Positions 1 through 6,623 of a stretch of DNA of 36,688 bases are shown here, in pieces. The DNA is taken from IMG/VR virus record IMGVR_UViG_3300032237_000091, positions 1 through 36,688 of that record; one strand, written 5' to 3'. Both the position numbers and the translations under genes were made by a program. The stretch's first letter is position 1. Each line of letters starts with the position of its first letter. Below the pieces are notes generated by a model, which had not been told where the DNA came from, did no database searches, and was given only the letters and a program-made list of their open reading frames with translations. Origin of the DNA: a virus. Lineage: Duplodnaviria; Caudoviricetes.

Positions 1-47
1 ATTATACGCTTGCAAGTAATCATATCTTATTTAGAAGGGAGGAAGTA

Positions 48-1031
48 ATGGCACAAACATATGCAACATCAATGTATAACTCGGCAAGAATTAAACCGAT
101 AGCAAACTACGAGGAGGCTAAACATCGGTTTGATAGTGTCGTGCCTATTCGTGGTAGGTTGGAAGATGTTAGACCTCTTGGCGAGAAGCGTAGGTTTTCT
201 TGGTATCACATAAAGAAAAGTCTTATATCTGTCGAACATCCTGACGAGCCGTTGGGTGTGTACGAGTACGCTTACTCATGCAACATAAGCGAGCGTAAGA
301 TTATAGAGTTCTTTAGTAACGGCGACATAGGTTTGTACTTTAACTATTGGAAAGGTCCGACGCTGTTTGGATTCGTAACCTATACTCTAGCAACAGACAT
401 AGGCAGAATAGAATCTTGTCAAGGCAAGTGGTACTTTATCAATACTAAGGGCGAGGGCTTTCCTTTTGTTGGCAATATGATACTGACTAAAGTTGAAGAC
501 ATATTCAGACCTAAAGGTGTGCAACCTGAGAAGAAGTACGCACTTAACCGTAAGATGATGAACGCATTACGCAAGAGGTATTCGTTCTTTACCGACTACG
601 GTAAGACCTGCTTGTCTATGAATCCTAAAGTGCAAAGGATTAAAGAACCTGTCGCAGTTAAGAATGTGCCTGATGCTTTCGTAAAGTTAGGTCTTAACTT
701 CGAACGACTTGAGTTATTACCGTATAAGTATTCGAACCATGATAATGATGGTAGCAAACTGGGTAGGTTAGGATTACTTGGTGGCTTAGCATACTTTGAG
801 AAGCATCAAGACTTAGAACTTCTGTATGAACTGATGGTGTACGTTGCTACATATTCAGGCAGATGGATTTGGTCGAATAACAACGAGGTACATTGTGACC
901 CTGACGATTTTGTAGGGACATTCGAAGAAGTATTGAAGTATCAGTATAAAGATAGTTTGTTTGTATCAGCCGAACAACCTATCGGGTCTATCTTTAAGGA
1001 CAATAACAAGAAGTATTTTAATGTTGTATAA
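48..1031 (+). CDS. hypothetical early phage protein (327 aa)
   Basis: Long ORF with GGAGG SD just upstream; no family recognised. Confidence 0.85.
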   Translation: MAQTYATSMYNSARIKPIANYEEAKHRFDSVVPIRGRLEDVRPLGEKRRFSWYHIKKSLISVEHPDEPLGVYEYAYSCNISERKIIEFFSNGDIGLYFNYWKGPTLFGFVTYTLATDIGRIESCQGKWYFINTKGEGFPFVGNMILTKVEDIFRPKGVQPEKKYALNRKMMNALRKRYSFFTDYGKTCLSMNPKVQRIKEPVAVKNVPDAFVKLGLNFERLELLPYKYSNHDNDGSKLGRLGLLGGLAYFEKHQDLELLYELMVYVATYSGRWIWSNNNEVHCDPDDFVGTFEEVLKYQYKDSLFVSAEQPIGSIFKDNNKKYFNVV

Positions 1032-1037
1032 CCACCT

Positions 1038-1062
1038 ACTTTGCGACATCATGTCGCCAAGT
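1038..1062. repeat. 25-bp palindrome copy 1 (ACTTTGCGACA-TCA-TGTCGCCAAGT)
   Basis: Intergenic inverted repeat, 11-bp arms with one mismatch; near-identical copies at 2199, 3815 and 5897. Confidence 0.95.
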
Positions 1063-1066
1063 AACT

Positions 1067-1080
1067 TAACCAAGAAGGAG
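1067..1080 (+). promoter_or_regulatory. conserved RBS leader TAACCAAGAAGGAG copy 1
   Basis: Identical 14-mer precedes the ATGs at 1089, 2247 and 3871. Confidence 0.9.
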
Positions 1081-1088
1081 AATTAAAT

Positions 1089-2183
1089 ATGGCAAATGTA
1101 TTTCTGAATAAAACTGCAACTCTCAAAGAAGCAGAAGACTTAATCCTCGCAGTAGGCTCTGATACCACGTTTCATTTGATGGGTGAGCCAGGGGTTGGTA
1201 AAACTTCAATGTTCAAGAACCTCGTGCGTCGCACAGGGTACAGGGGTATCTACATTGACGCACCGAACGTAGAGTTGGGTGAGTTGGGTATTCCAATTCC
1301 TGACCATGAGACTAAGACTACTCGCATCTATCCGAACGAGCAGTGGGGTTTCCATATAGATGAACCGAAGGTAATCTTTATCGACGAGTTTACTAAGGCT
1401 CATCAAGCAGTTAAGAACATGATGCATCCAATGCTTAACGACCCACGCATGATTATGGGTATGCCGTTGCATCCTGATGACATCGTGATAACTGCAGGTA
1501 ATTATACAGGCGACGGGGTAGGCGATACGATGATGGCTCACTCCAGAAACCGTATAAGCATAATCAATATTAAGAAACCACACGCTGGGTTTAATGTTGA
1601 TGGCTCTATTGATGGTGATTCATGGGGTGCGTGGGCTATCGCTAATGATATTGCACCTGAGATATTGGCATGGGTTAAGCAACATCCTGAGTTGTTGGCA
1701 TCTTATCTTGACACAGCGCAAGAGCAGAACAAGTACATCTTCAATCCCAAAGAAGCACAGAAGTCTTTTGTTTCACCACGTTCTCTTGCTAGAGCATCAA
1801 ATATTATTAACAAACGGGATAAGGTAACGGAGAACGTAATCGTTTGTGCGTTAGAAGGTACGATCGGGGCAGCAGCCGCTCGTGACTTGATGACCTTTGT
1901 ATCCGTAGCCGATTCACTTCCAAGTTGGGAGGACATCGTTAAGAATCCACAGATTGCACAAGTACCTGACTCACCCGTTGCGTTATGTATGCTTGCTTTC
2001 AGTGCAGTACAAAGAGTCGAGCGAGATACCATCGGTAAGTTCTTTACATATCTTAAGAGAACACCGAAGGAGTTGCAGTCTGTGTTCTGCCTTACAGGTA
2101 TGAAGAACGATGATAAGAAGAAGTTGTTTCTTACAAGCCAACCGTTCGTGGATTGGATGCGTGAGAACCAATACTTATTCTAG
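1089..2183 (+). CDS. MoxR/CobS-like AAA+ ATPase
   Basis: Walker A GEPGVGKT, Walker B IFIDE, AGN sensor, SPRS motif; a vWA gene lies nearby. Confidence 0.9.
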   Translation: MANVFLNKTATLKEAEDLILAVGSDTTFHLMGEPGVGKTSMFKNLVRRTGYRGIYIDAPNVELGELGIPIPDHETKTTRIYPNEQWGFHIDEPKVIFIDEFTKAHQAVKNMMHPMLNDPRMIMGMPLHPDDIVITAGNYTGDGVGDTMMAHSRNRISIINIKKPHAGFNVDGSIDGDSWGAWAIANDIAPEILAWVKQHPELLASYLDTAQEQNKYIFNPKEAQKSFVSPRSLARASNIINKRDKVTENVIVCALEGTIGAAAARDLMTFVSVADSLPSWEDIVKNPQIAQVPDSPVALCMLAFSAVQRVERDTIGKFFTYLKRTPKELQSVFCLTGMKNDDKKKLFLTSQPFVDWMRENQYLF

Positions 2184-2198
2184 TAGTAAAGCAGTAGA

Positions 2199-2223
2199 AC
2201 TTGGCGACATCGTGTCGCTAAGT
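2199..2223. repeat. 25-bp palindrome copy 2 (ACTTGGCGACA-TCG-TGTCGCTAAGT)
   Basis: Intergenic inverted repeat with one G-T pair. Confidence 0.95.
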
Positions 2224-2227
2224 AACT

Positions 2228-2241
2228 TAACCAAGAAGGAG
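2228..2241 (+). promoter_or_regulatory. conserved RBS leader TAACCAAGAAGGAG copy 2
   Basis: Exact copy upstream of ATG 2247. Confidence 0.9.
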
Positions 2242-2246
2242 TAACC

Positions 2247-2543
2247 ATGTTTATAAAAGGCAAAGAAATGGCTGATGAAGCACGTGATTTGAGAGATGCA
2301 CTTGCTGAAGTATGTGGTGAAGGTGACCATAGTTTAGGTGTAGTTATGACTTCACTTAGTGCGTTGCTAGTAGACACTGCATTAGAGCAAGCAGAAATAG
2401 AACCTTACGAACTAATAGGTAAGTTCGCAGGTATAGTTATGGCTTTCGTAAAAGTAATGGAAGAAGCCGAAACCGAAGTCGAAGTCGAAGAAAGAGTTGA
2501 AGAAGCACTTAACGAGAAAGGAGCATTACAATGGCTAAACTAA
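2247..2543 (+). CDS. small acidic hypothetical protein (98 aa)
   Basis: Strong SD; ORF overlaps the next gene; Glu-rich C-terminus. Confidence 0.8.
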   Translation: MFIKGKEMADEARDLRDALAEVCGEGDHSLGVVMTSLSALLVDTALEQAEIEPYELIGKFAGIVMAFVKVMEEAETEVEVEERVEEALNEKGALQWLN

Positions 2544-3802
2544 CGGCAGAACAACGCATCGAGAGATGCCACGTACAACTAATGAAACATCCGAACTTCT
2601 GTTTGTTCTCAGGATTGTTTATGATTGGTAAGGTAAGCGTGCAAGATGATATACGAACGGCTAAGACCAACGGCTTAGACGTTATCTATGGGCGTGATTT
2701 TGTGGATAGACTTACTGACAAGGCTCTAGGCTTTCTTATCTTGCATGAGAATATGCACAAGGCTTATCGTCATATGATTGTATGGAAATCTTTATACAAG
2801 AAGAACGCAACGCTTGCTAACATTGCATGTGATTTTGTTATCAACATACAGTTACATGACTACGACCCTGAGAGAAAGGTTATAGAGTTTCCTCTTGATG
2901 AGAACGGTCAACCTATGGGGTGTCTTGATGAGTCGTTTCGGGGTATGGATGCACATCAAGTCTTCTTGATACTAGAAGAGAAGTTGGGAGCTGACTACGG
3001 CAAACCTAAAATCTTTAAAGTCAAGGGTGTTGGTAATGGCGAAGGTGATGGTAAAGGTGAAGGTGATGGTGAAGAAGGCGATGAGCAAGCCCAGTCTTTA
3101 GATGACCATGACTGGGAAGGTGCTGATGCTATGTCAGAGAAGGAGGTGCAGGCTAACGCTAAAGAGATTGAAGACGCATTACGTCAAGGCTCTATGCTAG
3201 CAGGTAAGATGAACGGCAATGTATCCAGAGAGATAGACGAATTGCTCACACCTAAGATTGATTGGAAGGAAGCATTGCGTGAGTTCATCAAGACATCTAC
3301 TCAAGGCAAAGACCAAACAACATGGAAGCGATTGCATAAGCGTTACATCGGTATGGATATTATTATGCCGTCATCATACTCTGAGAAGATTGGTTCTATC
3401 GTTGTTGGTGTTGACGTATCAGGGTCATGCTATCACGACTTACCTAACTTCTTATCAGAGTTTAAATCTATCTGCGATGAAGTAAGTCCTGAGTGCGTGC
3501 ATCTATTGTATTGGGATTCAGCAATCGAGAAGCATGAGGTATATGTGGGCAACGAAGTAGCAGATGCAATCAATGTTACTCAAGCAGTAGGTGGTGGAGG
3601 TACTAACCCTGAGTGTGTGCCTATATACTTGAACAAAGAATCTATATCACCTGAGTGCTTAGTCGTATTCACCGACGGGTATATAGGTTCGCAGAATCGT
3701 AAGCACTGGGATTTAATATCACCTATTCCTGTGCTATGGTGCATCAAAGGCAATTCAAATTTTGATTTAGATGTAGTAGGTAAAGTTGTATACGTAGAGT
3801 AA
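2531..3802 (+). CDS. DUF2201-type metallopeptidase + vWA domain protein
   Basis: HENMH zincin motif, acidic Gly-rich linker, MIDAS DVSGS, GGGGT and VFTDG. Confidence 0.9.
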   Translation: MAKLTAEQRIERCHVQLMKHPNFCLFSGLFMIGKVSVQDDIRTAKTNGLDVIYGRDFVDRLTDKALGFLILHENMHKAYRHMIVWKSLYKKNATLANIACDFVINIQLHDYDPERKVIEFPLDENGQPMGCLDESFRGMDAHQVFLILEEKLGADYGKPKIFKVKGVGNGEGDGKGEGDGEEGDEQAQSLDDHDWEGADAMSEKEVQANAKEIEDALRQGSMLAGKMNGNVSREIDELLTPKIDWKEALREFIKTSTQGKDQTTWKRLHKRYIGMDIIMPSSYSEKIGSIVVGVDVSGSCYHDLPNFLSEFKSICDEVSPECVHLLYWDSAIEKHEVYVGNEVADAINVTQAVGGGGTNPECVPIYLNKESISPECLVVFTDGYIGSQNRKHWDLISPIPVLWCIKGNSNFDLDVVGKVVYVE

Positions 3803-3814
3803 TAACCAATAGGA

Positions 3815-3839
3815 ACTTGGCGACATCGTGTCGCCAAGT
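3815..3839. repeat. 25-bp palindrome copy 3 (ACTTGGCGACA-TCG-TGTCGCCAAGT)
   Basis: Intergenic; perfect 11-bp arms. Confidence 0.95.
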
Positions 3840-3850
3840 ATCCACCAACA

Positions 3851-3864
3851 TAACCAAGAAGGAG
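3851..3864 (+). promoter_or_regulatory. conserved RBS leader TAACCAAGAAGGAG copy 3
   Basis: Exact copy upstream of ATG 3871. Confidence 0.9.
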
Positions 3865-3870
3865 TAATAT

Positions 3871-4773
3871 ATGTCAGAAAATAATATTAGTATTGCATCA
3901 TCAGCGATGTTAGTCGAGATGTCTATCAGCACATGGACTGCACGCAAGTTAGATAAGAAGGTATCAGCCGAGGTTGATGTATCGAAAGGTACTAAGACTA
4001 ACGCAGGTAACTACAACAAAAACTTACTTGCTGGTACAGGCTTTCTTGATACGATAATAAAGTATGCGGCTAACGCTAGGGCGTGGCACATCTCTCAGAC
4101 TTTGCCGTGGTCTGATAATGGGTTACGCTTACTCCCAGTATCTAACTTCATCAACTACAAGAAGCAACTTACTGTGCTTGAAGAAAACTACATGGCTCTG
4201 GTAGATAAGTTTCTCATAGCATATCCTAACCTAGTGAGTGCGGCGGCTTTTCAGTTAGGTGATTTGTTTAATCGTGACGAGTATCCTGAAGCAGATAAGA
4301 TAGCGACTAGGTTCAAGTTCAACGTAAACTTTATGCCCGTGCCTACTAGTGGTGACTTCCGTATTGACATAGGCGAAGAAGCGAAGAATGAAATCATGCA
4401 GTCGTGCAACAACGCTTACGATGAACGTCTTAACATAGCAATGCGTCATGCGTGGGATAGGCTACATGAATGTCTCGTGCGTATGAGCGACAGGCTACAA
4501 GTTGATTTAGTTGATAGCGAAGAAGATGATGGGGGTACAGGTAAGAAGTTTAAACCCCGTGTATTCAGAGATACCTTAGTAGAGAACGCTGTGGAATTAG
4601 TAGACATGCTAAAACACTTTAACCTTACTAACGACACAACGCTTGAGCAAGCACGGCTTGATTTGCATAACGCAATCATGCACCAAGATGCCGACTCGCT
4701 AAGAGATAACATGCACGCTCGTGAAGAAGTAAAGCGTAAGGTAGATAGTATTTTAAATAAGTTTAACTTTTGA
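3871..4773 (+). CDS. DUF3150-like phage protein
   Basis: Motifs WTARKLDK, TLPW.D.G.RLLP and LGDLF...YP are typical of the protein found after AAA/vWA pairs; family recalled, not searched. Confidence 0.7.
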   Translation: MSENNISIASSAMLVEMSISTWTARKLDKKVSAEVDVSKGTKTNAGNYNKNLLAGTGFLDTIIKYAANARAWHISQTLPWSDNGLRLLPVSNFINYKKQLTVLEENYMALVDKFLIAYPNLVSAAAFQLGDLFNRDEYPEADKIATRFKFNVNFMPVPTSGDFRIDIGEEAKNEIMQSCNNAYDERLNIAMRHAWDRLHECLVRMSDRLQVDLVDSEEDDGGTGKKFKPRVFRDTLVENAVELVDMLKHFNLTNDTTLEQARLDLHNAIMHQDADSLRDNMHAREEVKRKVDSILNKFNF

Positions 4774-4785
4774 TAGGAGGTATAT

Positions 4786-5739
4786 ATGTTGACACAAATT
4801 GATAAGAGCAATATGTCTAATGCTAAGAGGTCTATAGAACTTGACCCCAAGTTAGGTGAGTACGTTGATGCAGTCGCAATGCTTAAGCCCTTATGCAACT
4901 TTGTTGCAGAAGATAATAACGTATCACAACATTGGGGGGACTTCATAAACGAAGAGGGTAAGAAAGATCGAAAGATATTTGAGTTTCTATCTTCTGTGCA
5001 AGTGTATGAAAATGGTGAACGTCTAGGCGATGTAGGTATAGCACACGTATATCGTAGAAACGAAGGTGGGCATGTGTTTGTTTACTTTGTAGATTCTTTT
5101 CGTATCTCTAAGGAAAGAGGTCAGCACAACAGGACCTTAAGCAAACACTTGAAGGTAGCATTACGGCATGTTAATAAAGCCTTTATACCTAGAGCAAACC
5201 AAGAACTAATCGAACAGATTAGTCAGCATGTTAGTTATAGACTTGGTCATGTTATGGGTAACAATCACAATCAAGCAAGGTGGTGTATAGACTGCGATAC
5301 CGAAGCGATGAACTATGCGTATTTAGCATACAAGGCTAGGTTGCGTGGCGAGACTACCGTAACGCTACCGACTGTGTTGGCTACTTCAAAAAAACGCAAT
5401 GACAATGACTTTGACAAATATATGGAAAGGTATGACGAAGCCAAGAAACTTACCGACCACTATAACAATATTGGTAGCAACGGCAACATAGGGTATGCAG
5501 TACAAGGCAAGTCAGATAAAAGTTTTGTTGTATGCAACTATGACAAGAACGACCCTAATACTTTATACAAATATAAATCATTAGATGATATGCCCAAACA
5601 TCTAGCCGATAAAATATCTGTTCTAAAGTTATTAGATATTGATGAGCCTGTTGGACACATTGGAGTTAAGTTACATTCTGATGGTGATATTAATCTTGAA
5701 TACTATTATTTAGTTTCGGGTGATATAATATTTGAGTAA
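4786..5739 (+). CDS. hypothetical protein (317 aa)
   Basis: AGGAGG SD and long ORF; no family recognised. Confidence 0.85.
   Translation: MLTQIDKSNMSNAKRSIELDPKLGEYVDAVAMLKPLCNFVAEDNNVSQHWGDFINEEGKKDRKIFEFLSSVQVYENGERLGDVGIAHVYRRNEGGHVFVYFVDSFRISKERGQHNRTLSKHLKVALRHVNKAFIPRANQELIEQISQHVSYRLGHVMGNNHNQARWCIDCDTEAMNYAYLAYKARLRGETTVTLPTVLATSKKRNDNDFDKYMERYDEAKKLTDHYNNIGSNGNIGYAVQGKSDKSFVVCNYDKNDPNTLYKYKSLDDMPKHLADKISVLKLLDIDEPVGHIGVKLHSDGDINLEYYYLVSGDIIFE
5721..5729 (+). promoter_or_regulatory. extended -10 sigma70 promoter (TGaTATAAT) for candidate sRNA1
   Basis: Perfect TGnTATAAT inside the last codons of ORF 4786; predicted start about G5736; no good -35. Confidence 0.6.
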
Positions 5740-5889
5740 CCCTTCTTGGTTACAGATACTAATGTAATGCCGTATACCTATATAGCATGATGTAGATATA
5801 TGGCGTCGGGAAACCGAGCATCTCCAATAACACAAGTAGGATGTGAATCTGCTTTAGCCTACACTAAGCCCTCTTCGGAGGGCTTTTTT
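5736..5889 (+). ncRNA. candidate structured antisense small RNA 1 (~154 nt)
   Basis: Flanked by a promoter and a terminator; several stems with G-U pairs; 5741-5752 is the exact reverse complement of three RBS leaders. Confidence 0.65.
5866..5889 (+). terminator. Rho-independent terminator
   Basis: AAGCCCTC-TTCG-GAGGGCTT followed by a T run. Confidence 0.92.
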
Positions 5890-5896
5890 ATTGGCT

Positions 5897-5921
5897 ACTT
5901 GGCGACATCATGTCGCTAAGT
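5897..5921. repeat. 25-bp palindrome copy 4 (ACTTGGCGACA-TCA-TGTCGCTAAGT)
   Basis: Lies between the terminator and the next promoter; not followed by the RBS leader. Confidence 0.95.
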
Positions 5922-5960
5922 TACTAGGGTTTGCACCTATAAAATATTTTTAAAAACCTC

Positions 5961-5990
5961 TTGCAATTATGGTTTGCTTAAGACTATACT
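5961..5990 (+). promoter_or_regulatory. sigma70-type promoter of the replication block
   Basis: TTGCAA-N18-TATACT with an AT-rich UP-like tract at 5939-5956. Confidence 0.6.
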
Positions 5991-6028
5991 GTGTCAATAG
6001 ATTAAAAATAAATAGGAAAAGTTAAACC

Positions 6029-6349
6029 ATGTCTACACCTGAATATAAGGTCAAGGCTATTGTCACCGACATACTTGATGAACACGATGTATATTATTTC
6101 AAACCTGCAACGCATGGCTACGGTAGGTCAGGAGTTCCTGATGTAGTTGCGTGCTACAACGGCACGTTCATTGCGATTGAATGTAAGGCAGGCTCAAACA
6201 AACCAACTAAATTACAAGAGCGAGAGATAGCCCGCATCAAAGAAGCAGGGGGCATTGCACTCGTCATCAACGCTGACAACACGAGCGACTTAGTTAAACT
6301 AATCGCTCGACTTAGCACCAGTTCTTTGAAAGGAAACCAAGATGAATGA
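6029..6349 (+). CDS. VRR-NUC / Holliday-junction resolvase-like nuclease
   Basis: GVPD...FIAIECKA...PTKLQ PD-(D/E)XK signature. Confidence 0.88.
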   Translation: MSTPEYKVKAIVTDILDEHDVYYFKPATHGYGRSGVPDVVACYNGTFIAIECKAGSNKPTKLQEREIARIKEAGGIALVINADNTSDLVKLIARLSTSSLKGNQDE

Positions 6350-6623
6350 TGGAATAGCAATAGTATTAGCACGCATGGAAACACACCCCGAAGAGTTTTA
6401 CACAACTGCAACGGATAAGTGGAAGTTTATTTATAGCGACTACTTTAAAGATGCAATGAGCGAAACTGAAAAAGGTATGATTTACGACAAGATTAAAGAG
6501 ATTCGTAAAGCAGAGTTCACTGCAAGGGTTATGCAAACCATGACTGCTGACATAACGAGTGATGAACTACGATTAGACTTTGGCAATGCACCTATGGCAG
6601 GTTCAAGAGTAGTTTACAAATGA
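6342..6623 (+). CDS. hypothetical protein (93 aa)
   Basis: AAGGA SD; overlaps both neighbours. Confidence 0.8.
   Translation: MNDGIAIVLARMETHPEEFYTTATDKWKFIYSDYFKDAMSETEKGMIYDKIKEIRKAEFTARVMQTMTADITSDELRLDFGNAPMAGSRVVYK

Noticed and set aside
5700-5752. Antisense leader copy as the RBS of a minus-strand gene
   Set aside because: No start codon at a usable distance on the minus strand, and it would run antisense to ORF 4786.
5772-5781. sRNA1 pairing with the RBS of gene 4786 (AGGTATA)
   Set aside because: Only 7 nt, and buried in a long stem.
5754-5862. Known ribozyme, riboswitch or tRNA
   Set aside because: No hammerhead CUGANGA core, twister consensus or cloverleaf/T-loop recognised by eye; an Rfam scan is still needed.
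1038-5921. Palindromic repeats as a CRISPR array
   Set aside because: Copies are 1.1-2.1 kb apart and separated by whole genes. The Cas4-like gene is an ordinary phage exonuclease.
1038-5921. Palindromes as integron attC sites or terminators
   Set aside because: No RYYYAAC/GTTRRRY ends, too short, no integrase in the window, and no U-run after the stems.
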